Positions 1 through 13,432 of a stretch of 64,000 nt of DNA are shown here, in pieces. Under the pieces are notes generated by a model, which did not search any database, was not told where the DNA came from, and saw only the letters and a program-made list of their open reading frames with translations. The stretch is from contig OZ024740.1 in NCBI GenBank assembly GCA_964016885.1, positions 308,822,001 through 308,886,000 on the forward strand. Reading direction: 5' to 3'. The stretch's first letter is position 1. The number at the start of each line of letters is the position of its first letter. The stretch is from Eledone cirrhosa. Taxonomy: Eukaryota. A program made the position numbers and the translations under genes.

Positions 1-230
1 TGATTTCATCATCATCATCATCATCGTTTAACATCTATCTTCCACACTAGCATGGGTTAGATGGGAGTTGTCTCAATTTGGGCAAGATTGGTCGGGTGAC
101 CGTGTCTCGCTCGTATAGGACTATCTACGGTTGGATGCCCTTCCTAACACCAACCACATTTACAATGTGGACTGGGAACTTTTTATCATGTTACCTACAC
201 AGCCACATTACAGCGTGGACTGTGTGTTTT
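1..230 (-). mobile_element. SINE/RTE-tail element (Meta-domain-like family with (CAT)n tail)
   Basis: Contains ggatgcccttcctaacaccaacc and a catcatcat tail. Dozens of related copies occur across the window. Confidence 0.7.
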
Positions 231-490
231 TTTGTGATTTATATAATAAAAAATATAATCTTTCTTACAACAGTTATAGTTCATTAGAATTTGGTGAAAA
301 TTATTTTATGACAGAGTGTATGTATGCGTATGTATTTATGAGTATATAAACCAAAACATTTTTAGTGTAGAATGGCCTGTTTGAGCTACAAATAAGCTAC
401 AAAGAAACATTCAAACACAGCTTTAGTATTATAGAGATTGTATGCAGAATTTGTGTGTGGAATGATTTTGTTTTGTATGTTTATTTCCAG

Positions 491-616
491 AAAAAATCTA
501 ATGGTAGAAGACGCTGTCGAGCTAAATATGATTGTGATGCTGATAATGAGGATGAGTTGACATTTAAAGGAGGAGAAATAATTATTGTCCTCCATGAAGA
601 GGAGGAAGAGTGGTGG
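491..616 (+). CDS. ASAP: ASAP-family ArfGAP (ASAP1/2-like), penultimate coding exon, N-terminal part of the C-terminal SH3 domain
   Basis: Flanked by ttccag| and |gtgagt. The 126 nt read KKSNGRRRCRAKYDCDADNEDELTFKGGEIIIVLHEEEEEWW, matching the ASAP SH3 pattern YDCxADNxDELTF...EWW. The rest of the gene lies upstream of the window. Confidence 0.9.
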
Positions 617-1393
617 GTGAGTATACTGATAGACATTTGATCAGAATGTTTTGAGATGGTATTGTTGAGAGAAATAATATCCTCTACATCCCTAACACAC
701 TGAATTGGTTTGACTGACTGCCACCAGAGGTCCTTGGAGAGCTCCTGAATCCTTCATTAAAATGACATTGGAACTAATACTAATCATATACCCACCATCT
801 GCTGGTTAAAGATGTAGCACAGTCATATACTAGGTACATAATTTACAAATATGCAGTGAATTGGCACAGACTTTAGACAAAAATGCCTTGTGGTGTTTCT
901 TCTGGCTCTCTGCACTTTGAATTCAAATCCTGCCAAGGTCAACTTTGCCTTCCTTTTGAGGCTGATAAAATAGAATAGCAGTCAAGAGCAGGGGACTGAC
1001 AGAATTGTTGGAGTCTCAGGTGAGATATGTCATGATATTTGTTCTAACCTGTTGTGTTCTGAGTTCAAATCCTGGTAGATTTAACTCTTAATATCTGGTT
1101 TTCAAAAATTCTAGTTTTTAAAAATATCAATGGAGACAACCTAGAAAAATTAGCGATGTTCTACCCACCGACCCTCACTTATTCTACACAAGCACACACA
1201 CACCCTCCCTCTCAATTTTATTCCAACCCTTTCCCCTATTGTTTGGGACCTGAGAGTAAGTAGAAGTTCCCTCCATGGCTACTAGTAAATGAGTAGGGGT
1301 GGTATAAGTAGTTGGAATCCTGTCATTTTGGTTGTTGCACTGCTAAATTGTCATACTTCATTTCTCATTTTACATCGCTTCTTCTCTTTTCAG

Positions 1394-1468
1394 GAAGGTG
1401 AAATTGATGGACAACCTGAAAGACGAGGCTTGTTCCCAGTCAGTTTTGTAACTATGCTACCTAACTGA
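1394..1468 (+). CDS. ASAP: ASAP-family ArfGAP, last coding exon (end of SH3 and stop)
   Basis: Polypyrimidine tract and cag|, then EGEIDGQPERRGLFPVSFVTMLPN-stop in phase 0. Matches the ASAP1 C-terminus pattern GHIEGQPERKGVFPVSFV. Confidence 0.9.
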   Translation, partial: EGEIDGQPERRGLFPVSFVTMLPN

Positions 1469-2695
1469 CCCACTCATCCCCAGACAGATGCTCTGTAAGC
1501 TGGCTTCCACTGCTGTGAAAGAACAAGCCCAGAACTGGCCGGATAAGTCACATCTACACCGGCCTTTTCTTAGTTACAGCCATCTATTTTTGGATTAGAA
1601 AAACTCAGCAGATTACTCTAATCAACTCAGTAGCTGGCGCTATATCTTAGGGCAGATACACCATCAGGCAGTTTTGGTTTTTTTTTTATTTTTTTTTTTT
1701 TAATGTTAAATGCTCTGTGACAAGATTTGGCAACGTTTCATGATCTCTTTATGTACATATTTCAGTTGGTACTGAGATACGATTTCTTCACTGACAGCAA
1801 AACAAAAGTTAGTTTCTTGGGGTATGAAAAATATTCTAACAAAAATAGTAATACACACACCTCACACATAAGATCAGACACACATCTAAAAAGAGAAAAA
1901 TAATTTTTTTTAAAGAATCTTCTGAAATTCGCTGAACTCTTTTTAAACTTCAACCATATCAAGCAAGAATTTTGATATTATCAATTATTTGTTTATCAAC
2001 ATCTATTAATTATCTCATGCAGGGGTGAATGCTTCTTAAATCATGTTTGCACTGCACACATATGATCAAAGTGTGACAGATATTTTGTCACCTGTGTTTG
2101 TTGTTGTGGACACATGCTGCAACATGTGGCATGCATCCTCACCTGCAATCCCGGTGGGTTTGCAGTGGACCATAAAGTCAATATTTGTATGATTGAGGTT
2201 TGTTATAAAACATCTAGCTAGCATGTGGTCGACATTTATCAGTTAGGCTTTCAGTGACTTATGTACCCAATATGAAAGTATGGTTTAGAGGGAAGCATGT
2301 TTAGTTAAGAAGTGTGGAGATCTGACTAACAGAAATATCAGTGAAACATGTAGCTAACATATGGCCTACATTGTTATTAGACTAAAGATTATGAAAAGAA
2401 AATCATGCAAGAAACATGTTAGAGAGACAAATAAGTTAAATATTTAGTTGATTTTAAGATATGTAAAGTAAAACCTCATTATCGATTCCACAAAGAAATG
2501 GCATCCCACAAACAACCATTCCACTACTACATTATATATATATTATATACATCTATTATACATACACATGCATGCATATATATATATATACGCGTGTGTG
2601 TGTATGTATGTTATGTAGGCATATATATTAATATATATAAATTAAGTATATATATATGTATATATGTATATTATAGATAAACATATATTTGCATA

Positions 2696-2729
<34 letters not shown>

Positions 2730-2789
2730 ACCAAAACCATCAGTTTTACCCATTGGTAAACAACCTAACATAAATGGTGTGTATATATA

Positions 2790-2985
2790 TATAAAGATCA
2801 AGTTTAATATAGAAATGGCTTCTACAGGACTAGAACTGTTTCATTCAAAAATAAATCATTTTATTGAATGAAACGGTTCTAGTCCTCTAGAAGCTCTTTC
2901 TATATCAAATTTGATGTTTACACTTTACGAATGCATTGAGTACCTTACTAACTGTGGTTACTCCCAATTGAACCCAGGACTCATA
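2790..2985 (+). mobile_element. Short Penelope-like non-autonomous element with ~42-bp inverted repeat, inserted in (TA)n
   Basis: Inverted arms at ~2807-2848 and ~2864-2905. It is the reverse-complement homolog of 51352-51545 and is flanked by TA microsatellite. Confidence 0.6.
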
Positions 2986-3839
2986 TATATATATATATAT
3001 GTGTGTGTATATAATATATATATAGCATGTGTGTATATATAATATATATATAGCACAGATTAAAAGTTTAAGCAAACAATTTCTGCTTCGACTCTAAAGC
3101 AAGATCTTCTGAGACATATCCATGGACACACATATAAATATTTCGCAAAATTTTCATAAAGGCAATATTTGCTTGTAATTCCTTTGAAATATTTACATCT
3201 GCATCTACTCAGTTTCAGAAGATCCCACTTTTAATCTGTGTAATAATAAATATTTGCTCTATGGGTTTATATATACTACATATATATATATATATATACA
3301 CACACATATATATATATATATATATACACACAACCCTTATCAATCCCTCTCTGGATTTTGGTCTTTGTATTTATTATTACTACTATATGTATATATATAT
3401 ACACACACATATACATATATATATGTATATATATACATATACACATATACATGAATATATATACATATGTATGTATATATGATATTACACATGTCAGCTA
3501 CCATTCGGTTTCATACTTGAACATATCAGTGTGGGCTGGGTGCTTTTTGTTGTAGCACAAAAATGGACACTTTACAGTGTAGACTTGGTGCTGGGCTGTG
3601 GGATGTGCATGGGGATTGGAGAGGTTGATCTAGGGTGGGGTGGGGGACTTATCTGGTATTGGCTGGGGTGTTATGAGGTGGGTGGAATGTTAGCACGTGG
3701 GATGTGTATGGAGGTGTGGGGGTATGCATACTAGATGTATGCTTCAACCCACACACATGGGAATGTGGATTTTCTGTATAACACCAGAGATCTTGATCCT
3801 GTATCCTCACCTTTAATAGGTGTAATTGTACAAGGTCAG

Positions 3840-5420
3840 CTTTTATAACCTCATCCCAAGACTTCCTAGGTCTTCCTACTCCAGCTTTGTGTGTTCTTAA
3901 TATGCATCACATGTTCATACCACCGCAATCTCCTCTCCTGCATACTACATCTGATCCTTCTTATACCCAAGTTCTCTCTCAGTTCATTTATGCTTTGCCG
4001 TTCATGTATATTGCTATTACACATCCATTGGAGCATGCAAGTTTCATATCTTTCCAATCTATGTTGGTCCTCTGCACACAGTGCCCATGTCTCACTGCCA
4101 TGCAGTATTGCAGTTTGTATACATGCTTCATGCAATCTGTCCTTCAATTTAAGGGAAAAGCCTTTTATAACAAGCGGTAGTAGTAGCTCCATGAACTTTT
4201 TCCATCCTGTTCTTACTCTGGCTACTGTACTTTCAGAATAACTGCTAATTTGGTCACCTAGGTAGTTAAAACAGTCAATTGCTTCTACAGTACCTTCCAA
4301 GAATTTGTTTCCTGTGAGTGTTTGTTACTGCTCCTGTGCAACAGTCACAAGTAGAACCTACATTCTTTGCTAGCCTACCTGAGATCCCACTACATCTCTT
4401 GTGTACCCATAGCTTGCATTTGAGACAGAGGATGGAATTTCTACCTACCCCCTTCCTACACACTGTGCAGGACCATTTCCCAGAAGGAATCAAAGCCTTG
4501 TTTTCCTTATTAGAACTTTGGTCTTTGCCAAGTTGACTTTAAGACCTTTTGATTCCAGACTATGCTTCCAGGTCTGGAATTTTTCTCTAGTTCTGCCATA
4601 GATTCAGCTATGAGAGTGAGATCATCAGGATTCTCCAAAGGCATCCTGCTTTAAACTCTTTTGTTATAACCTGAAGGATGATAATAAATAGTAGAAGACT
4701 AAGGACAGGGACCTAGTGGACCCCAACTTGCATGCTAAACTCCTCACTATAGTCATTTTTAATTTTAACCTTCCTGACTGCACCTCTCTACATGACTTGT
4801 ACTGCCCTCACAAGCCACTCATCCACTCCTAGTTTCCTAAGTGCTCACCAATTTACAGAGACAGGTGGAGGGGGCTTGTCAAAAGCTTTCTTCAACTCAA
4901 CAAATGCCAAGAAGAGGGGTTTACTTTTTGCTAGGTACTTCTGCTGTTACCGTACAAAAAGAGCATCTGTAGTACCTGGCACAAATATGAACAGCATCTC
5001 ATCTAGGTTAATTTGATCCCTAAAAGCTTTCTTCAACTCAAAAAATGCCAAGAAGAGGAGTTTACTTTTTGCTAGGTACTTCTGCTGTTACCGTACAAAG
5101 AGAGCATCTGTAGTACCTGGCACAAATATGAACAGCATCTCATCTAGGTTAATTTGATCCCTAATCAGTTGTACAATGACTCTTTCTGTCACTTTCATGA
5201 CCGGGTCCATCAATTTGATGCCCTTGTAGCAATTGACGATGATACTGCTACTCCAGTCATTGGGTATAGCACCATTTTGTTTACAATATGGGTGGTTATG
5301 GTGTGGTCTACTATCTCAGATGCTTTCAGCATCTCAGCAACTATCCTAATGGCCCAGCTGCTTTGCCTGTCTTCATATCCTTAATTGCCTTACTTACTAT
5401 GCTGCTGCTGACTTGTACAG
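3840..5420 (-). mobile_element. Decayed RTE-clade LINE (RT, Cys-rich PHD-like insert, C-terminal RRLRWYGHV region)
   Basis: ORFs 3866-4300 (YLGD...AILHGSETW...RRLRWYEHV) and 4275-4493 (WSCTVCRKGVGRNSILCLKCKLWVHKRCSG). Frameshifted. Confidence 0.88.
4881..5162. repeat. 141-bp tandem duplication inside the RTE relic
   Basis: Unit aaaagctttc...gatccct at 4881-5021 and 5022-5162, with about 3 substitutions. Confidence 0.9.
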
Positions 5421-6780
5421 CTAGTCCCTCTGTTGGGTCTACTTGAAACAGGCTATCTTCTCCCAAGCATTCATTCACCGCATTCAACAGTCCCTCATAA
5501 TGACACTTACATGCTGTCTTCTTTTTGGCATATATATATATATATCAGAGGCTGCTTACCATAGTGTTTTACTCAATGGTCAAATTATTTCATATGGTAA
5601 ATTCAGTGGTAGTTCCACTAAATGTTCCAGATGTAACAATTTACAGAGTATATAAAATTTACAAAATTATTATTTAAAACATCACAATCCAGAAGAGTGG
5701 GAATAACATTTATTACATAACACTGACACATATTTCATTGTTGCACAACATATAGTCTAGGATCACTAATATTTGACTATTTCAATCAAATGAAATCGAA
5801 TCCAACTACTTAAAATCGTATGTTGACACAACAAATTTTTTCAAAGTGGAAATGTGCTATGCAATAAATGTTATTCCCACTCTTCTGGATTGTGATGTTT
5901 TAAACAATAGTTATATATATATATTCAAATATACACATGCACACCCACCCAACAAGCAATTTTGGCAATTTTCCTTGCTAATGCAAGGGTTGACCTTAGA
6001 AGTCCTCATATTGGTCATGGGATTCTTTTACAACCCCGCCCTTCCTTGCACCAAACGTGACTGGTTATGTTCAACTAAATCACTACAAGATAATCACAAT
6101 CTGCTGGCTAAAACCGGGAAAAGAATACAAATATATGTTCTGTCAACATCTTAACTCAGAATTGCATTTTCTTGAAGTTTTACTGACTGAAAAATTTCAA
6201 TGATCATTTGATCATCTGGCTGCTAAATTCTTATTGGTGCTGTGTTCACAACTAGTAAATAAGGCTGATTGTCAATTCATGGTGAATGAAGCTCATTCTC
6301 ATTGATTAGTTTGGATCATGTTATTGTTTTGCTGTCTCACTAATGTAGAATATTGATACTGCTCTAAACTTTTTCTGAACACTTTGAACAACTCTATAAC
6401 AGCTTTTAAGGAAAAGAAAGGAATGGAGCTGATTGTCACTTCAGACTAGTGAAGCAACATTCCCATTGGTCTTTCATTTGCTGATACTAATCTGCCGGTC
6501 GCAACTCCCAGCAGAAGGAGCAACATGAAATAAGGTATTTTGCTCAAGAACACAACACACTGATTGATCCAGAAATTGAACTGATAACCTTATCATGTGT
6601 TCAACACCCTAAATGGTAGGCCATATACTTAGACCTTTCAAACAAGCCCCTAAAATAAATCTTGTTGCTGATCAAATAACATGTTTGAAACAAGTGTTAC
6701 TACTTTTCTAACTGCATCATTAATACATACAAAAAAAAACTAAATTTGCAATATACTATGACATGAATACTCTGTTAATG

Positions 6781-8240
6781 TTAGAAAAGCCTAATTTCCT
6801 TTCCAGCCCTAAATGCTTTCTAATCACCCCTTCTAAAAATGAAATAGGTATAGTGTGTGCATCCTCAATGATGCCAGTTCTGATATCAAAAATGCTTCCA
6901 GTTTCGTTCAGTTGAACTGCAGAATCACTTGTGATATCAAGAACAAATTAACCTACAGATTCGCACAGTTTAATATCAAGGATTTCTACTCTTCTATATC
7001 AAAATCTCTTATCCCGAAGACCCTGGAATTCTGAAGTCACTTCTCTAGGAATAGCGATCTCTGTATTAAAATAGTCATGAATGTTTGGGAGTCACTCTTG
7101 TATCATGCTGTTTTTTACTGAGTCTAAAAGAAATGGGCTAGCTATCGGATTATTTATCCTGGACATCCTTAAGGAGTGTACATTCCTCAATAGCTCCGGC
7201 TTGTATAGAGATGATAGTCTGGAAATTTCAAGTAATATGGATGGTCACATTAAAGATATATTTAGGATAGAACTTAATAGGAAACTTCAAGTGGGTTGGC
7301 TTAAATATATCTATCACCACTAATCTAACTATGGTCAATTTGACATTATGTAGACCTCAAGACAAGCAATATTAGCTCTACAGAAACTCTAATTCCAATT
7401 ACCTCCACCTCCCACTTAGGCACTTTGAAACCAGTATCAATAGAAGAATCATGAATCTACCTGATTGAGTTATCTTCGATAGACTTACATCCCACGATCA
7501 GCAGTGAGGGGTGTCTTCAGTAAGAAGCTTGTATATATGGAGAATAACTCAACTCTAAAGAGTGTTAGAAACTAGAAGATAACCTTGTTTAATTTTTTTT
7601 ATTCAACTTAGACATCTCCATAAACATAACCAGAAACCTTTATCACTAGTTAAACAATATTTCCAAAGCACATATAAATATCAAGCTTTTTAATGTGCAT
7701 ACTGTTAAAATGAGTTACTCTTGCCTACAAACATTACTTTGAACATGTAGACTTCATTCCAAGCACACACCTACAACTATCAAAATCAAACCATTTGTCC
7801 ACTGATGGGATTCTGCTTTTCTAAGGCAGTGGTCTATATGGTGACTCTACCATAACCTGATAGTATCCTAAGAAATTACATGGAATTTCCAGTAAATGAC
7901 TTCAATGGAAGGTTTACTGTACATATATGTTCCTTAAGGTCCAGGGATAAGGAAAACCTCATATACTTGTCCTGTTATATTTGGAGACGCCAGGACCAGT
8001 ATAATTTGGAGCTTCCTCGGCAAGACCACTTCCTACTCTCCCAGAATACACAGCTATAATCTTTTCTCTGTGATAAACTGCACACATTCCAACAACCCAC
8101 TGTATCCCTTAACAAAAATGCCTGAACTATCACTTTTCTGCAACCAATGGCGCTAATCTGTTGGTTAATTGTAAACCAAGAATGTTACTACTACTGAATG
8201 AACTTTAAAATGTTGAATCAAAGAAAGGGAAACTACTACT
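6781..8240 (+). mobile_element. Decayed Penelope-like element (RT plus C-terminal GIY-YIG endonuclease)
   Basis: Broken frames give KPNFLSSPKCFLITPSKNEIG, FNIKDFYSSISKSL, GLYRDDSL (RT YxDD), FNVHTVKMSYSCL, CPLMGFCFSKAVVY and LSCYIWR, in the motif order of PLE RT-linker-GIY-YIG. Confidence 0.8.
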
Positions 8241-8577
8241 ACCAAGTATACTAAAGTTGTTTTCCATACAATACCATTTGGGAGCCATTCAGATACTGTT
8301 GTCTATTCTGAACCTACCAATGACAACAATCTTTACTCTCCATATATTGTCAGTTAACTTTATTTAGACGTTGTGAATGCATCATCAGTCAGCTTCAAGT
8401 AATGCTAACATACTATCAATAAATATATTAAAACTCTACACAACATATTGAGTATTCCTTATATACACACACTCATATATATATATATAATATATTGAGT
8501 ATTCTGTACACATACACACACACACACATATATATATATAACACCTTTGTGAAAATGGATGTAAAAAGTGATGATTG

Positions 8578-8609
<32 letters not shown>

Positions 8610-8647
8610 GAGATGTTATTAAGACAGGGTTACCTTTACATAATTGT

Positions 8648-8686
<39 letters not shown>

Positions 8687-9310
8687 ATATATATATATAA
8701 TAAGGACAAGCACAGAGATACAAAAACAATTAATGTTATTAGGTTCACGCTTAGATGAAAGAGAGAAAAGAAGTTCAACATATCGGACTTTAGCCCTTTA
8801 TCAGGAAAATACAAGTAGAAAGATAGAAAAAATAGAAAAGGGGGATATGTGTGTTGTTGTTAATTCTTTGTGTGTATCACCGTATGTAGGTGGGAAGGTC
8901 TATATATAGTTCGTGAAGGTGTCTAAATGTGTCTGACTGTATAAGCATTGTATGAGTGTGATATGTCAGTGTATGTAATAAATATATTGGTGACAAAAGG
9001 TATCAATAAAACATGTAACTTCAAGGTGGGCTAGCTATATATATACACACATTACATGATGTTTACCAATTAAATATAATGTACAGTCATACACAAACGC
9101 ATATAATATATATGATATATACAATGAATATATTTCATATTGTGTATATGTAGCATATATATATATATATTCAGCTATATGTAATTTATGTATATATAAT
9201 TTATAGCATGATATATATTATATAATATGTATTGTATAATATGTATTACATGATATATATTATATTTTCTATAATACACCTATATATAACAATGTATAAT
9301 ACATATGGTA

Positions 9311-9360
<50 letters not shown>

Positions 9361-9993
9361 GGTAATTATCTGTCAGTGAAAATAGTTTACAATCGAAATA
9401 AACAAAAATTAAGAAAAAAAATTCAAATGTAAATTCTTTTCATTCAAAAGACTACCAACCAAATAAATAAAGGGGGGCACGGTGGGAATTAAAGAAAATG
9501 AAAGCCAAATCGGTGATATGCCAAAAAAAAAAACAGACAAGAAACAAACATTTTAAATTAACATAAGACATTTTTTTTGGTAATAAAGTAAAAACTTCCC
9601 AAAATGCCAGACTCTGCTGATAAGGAAAGGTATGGAATAAATGGAATAAATTTCTCAATTCGGAGTTCAGGAAGAACATGACAATGATGATGATGAGGAT
9701 GTTGATGACAAAAAAAAAAATGATAATGATGAAGCATAACTTTACTGCTTCAAGCATTTTTTAAAAATCTCATGCTGCAAAAAAAAAGAGATACATGAAT
9801 AAAAGAGAAAAATGAACAAAGATATAAAAAAAAAACAACAACCCTGTGTCCACTTAACCCTTCTCCACTAACTCTTACCACCATTTTCTTAGTGTGGTCA
9901 TTTTGAAAAGCCTAGGCATCCAACCCCACCTTTCTTCACCCAGGTCAATCTTCTTTCTCCCAAATCCAGCCAAATCCTTTGATTTCTGCTCTT

Positions 9994-10065
9994 ACTACTA
10001 CTACAACAACTACTACTACTACTACAACTACTACTACTACTACAACAACTACTACTACTACTACA
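9994..10065. repeat. (TAC)n/(AAC)n trinucleotide microsatellite
   Basis: Direct reading. Confidence 0.95.
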
Positions 10066-10121
10066 GCAAAGCTGAGTGTTAACTATGAAGGCTGATCCTA
10101 CTTTCTTTCATACTCACAGCT

Positions 10122-10136
10122 GTATATACACATACA

Positions 10137-10202
<66 letters not shown>

Positions 10203-10226
10203 CATATGTGTATATACATATGTATT

Positions 10227-10272
<46 letters not shown>

Positions 10273-10926
10273 AATATATATGTATATATATATGTATGTA
10301 GTATGTATGCATATATATATATATGTGTGTGTATGTATATATGTATGTGTATATATATGTATATATACATATATGTATATGTATATGTATGTATATATAT
10401 ATATACATATGTATATGTATATATATATACATATGTATATATGTATATGTATGTATATATACATATGTATGTATGTATATATACATGTGTATATATGTAT
10501 ATGTATGTATGTATATATACATGTGTATATATGTATATGTATGTATGTATATATACATATGTATATGTATGTATGTATATATACATATGTATATATGTAT
10601 GTGTATATATATGTATTTGTATGTGTATATATGTATATGTATGTATGTATATATGTATATGTATGTATGTATATATGTATATGTATCTCTATATATATAC
10701 ATATGTATATATATATATACTTATGTATATATATATGTATATGTATGTATTTATATATACATATGTATATGTATGTATATGTATGTATGTATATATATAT
10801 ACATATGTATGTGTATATATGTATATGTATGTATATATATATATATATATACATATGTATATGTATGTATATATATATATACATATGTATGTATATATAT
10901 ATACATATGTATGTATATATATATAC

Positions 10927-10962
<36 letters not shown>

Positions 10963-11043
10963 GCATATATACACATATATATGCATATACACATATATTT
11001 ACATATGTACATATATATGTATAGGGATTGTAATGTCCAGTTA

Positions 11044-11092
<49 letters not shown>
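10122..11092. repeat. ~1-kb compound (TA)n/(TATG)n/(TATGTA)n microsatellite
   Basis: Direct reading. It explains the many Y/I/M/C-rich spurious ORFs. Confidence 0.97.
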
Positions 11093-11095
<3 letters not shown>

Positions 11096-11350
11096 AAATA
11101 CCAAAACACCCACCCATAGGCACACATTAATTTATCTAAACAATAATTTAGATAAATTAGTTGAGATAAATCTGTTACAAACATCTTGATTGCTTCAGAA
11201 CTAGAAGTACTAAGAAACCAAGATGTTCAAAACAGGTTTATAAACCTGTAAACTATTGTTTAAATAAATTAATATATTTAACTCTACTTCCCAAAGTATT
11301 GAATACTTTATTTAGCTTGTGAATGCACATGCTCCCACAAATACATAAAT

Positions 11351-11380
11351 TATATATGTATATATATATATGTGTGTGTG

Positions 11381-11414
<34 letters not shown>

Positions 11415-11448
11415 TGTATGTATATGTATATATATATATATATATGTA

Positions 11449-11479
<31 letters not shown>

Positions 11480-11745
11480 GTATGTATATGTGTATATATA
11501 TATATATATATGTATGTATATGTGTATATATATATATATGTATATGTGTATATATATATATATATGTATGTATATGTATATATATATATGTATGTATATG
11601 TATATATATATATATAAATGTGTATATATACACACACACACACACATGTATGTATGTGTATATGTATATAATATTACTGAAACAAAATCATCGGATACGA
11701 CCGATATACCTCTATATATATATGATACATATATATATATATATT
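11351..11745. repeat. Compound (TA)n/(TG)n/(CA)n microsatellite
   Basis: Direct reading. Confidence 0.95.
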
Positions 11746-13432
11746 ATTCAAGTAAAGAAACGTTGGTTGATCTGTTAATCAACAAACTGTAATGTAAACA
11801 GATATAAAGCACCCCATGATGTGGGTACCTTAAGGTAATATCAATAAGGTATCAGGCGGAGTGTCAATATTTTAAAGAGAGATGTTTTTTAAGTATACAT
11901 CCTCTGTTTATTATATGATAAACAAAAAATATACTATATATATATAATGTGTATGTATATGTATATATATCTATATATATATATATATATATGTACTCAC
12001 ACACCCACATATATATATATACACACACACGTGTGTGTGAGGCAAGCTAGAAAAAGTTGAATTATGTTCACAGCAAAATTTGAAATCCTGATTACCTCAT
12101 AATTATACTGGTGATGATAATAATAATAATAATAATGGCAATGAGATTTAAGATTAAAGGAAACTGCTTAAACATTATTACTAAAGATGCTGTTAGTGTA
12201 GGATATTTTTTTTTTTTATTGTTGAAAAAGCATGAGTGAGAAAATATCACTATATAGGGATTTAGAAATTGAGGTAAAGTATGTTTAGGGATAAAATGAA
12301 GACCTCATTATAACTGAACCATTGGAAGAAGTTAAGACAGGGAAAAATAGACAATAAAAAACTAGATTTCACATGCAAAGTGTGCCTCAACATAGTCAAT
12401 AGACCTCTAGATACAACAACCAAATTATTGTGAAATTACGCTCTACTGTCTTTAAAAAAAAGGAAAAGCACATTAGATAATATAATCTGAGATATACTAT
12501 GTCTGAAAACGAGACAGGGTGGTCATAGTTGGAATATTTTTTATCTTAGAACTGCTCAATCAAGCACTGACCTGACCTTAAATAAAAACACAAGATTCCA
12601 AGCATCATGCACCCCTCCACACTCATATATACCCCCACATACACAAACACACAACAAAAATAATGTTACAAGGCACACAACAAAATTTATGAAAGGCCTT
12701 CTTCAAATAAATACATAACACTCATTTACACACTCCTCAGGTATATGAATTTCAGTTTGGCACTGCAAGAAAAAAATAACATTGAAAAAGAGGAATAGTG
12801 ATGGTAGTGATAATGATATTTCTTAAGCCATTACATTGTTAAAATATTGTTTTATGAAAATATCTTACAAGTCTCATATTGCCATTTCTCTGTACACCCA
12901 TAATCCATATGTTGTGAGTTCAATCTCTATTAGTGTCAATTTTATCTTTTATCCAAAGGTACCAATCAAATATACTCAAGTTTATTTAATCAACAGTTAC
13001 TTTATCCTAAAATTTGTGGACTTGTGTTGAATATTATAAACCGTTAATTAGTAATTCTTATTGTTACTGTTAGGTGGCGACGTAGCAGAAACAGTAAAGA
13101 ACAGAGTAAAAATGACTTGTAGTATTTAGTTATGCTCTTTTACATTCTGATTTCAAATCATTGTTGCCTTTCATTCCTCTACTATCAATACAATAAGTAT
13201 CGGGGTCAATGTATCCACCCTTGAATTTATTGGATGGTAGAATTGGTGGCCAAAATGTTTCACGGTACTTAGTCTACTATGGTATGATGTAATAATATAG
13301 AATGTGACTATCAGATAAAATGCCTTGTGGTTATTTATAGTTACAGCACTTTACATTCTAAGTTAAAATCATGTTGAGGTTATTTTTGCCTTTCATTATT
13401 TCGGTGTTTATGAAATGAAGTACCAGTCATCT

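Noticed and set aside
4275-4493. Host PHD-finger gene (CxxC...CxxC...HxxC)
   Set aside because: It is embedded in RTE LINE sequence and recurs in the LINE copies at ~24440-24570 and 59744-59980.
3840-5420. Active, intact RTE LINE
   Set aside because: It is frameshifted and truncated, and no endonuclease domain is visible. No LINE copy in the window has an intact ORF.
10076-11792. Many long overlapping ORFs (up to 314 aa) rich in Y/I/M/C/V/H/T
   Set aside because: They are translations of stop-poor (TA)n/(TG)n microsatellite and occur in all frames on both strands.
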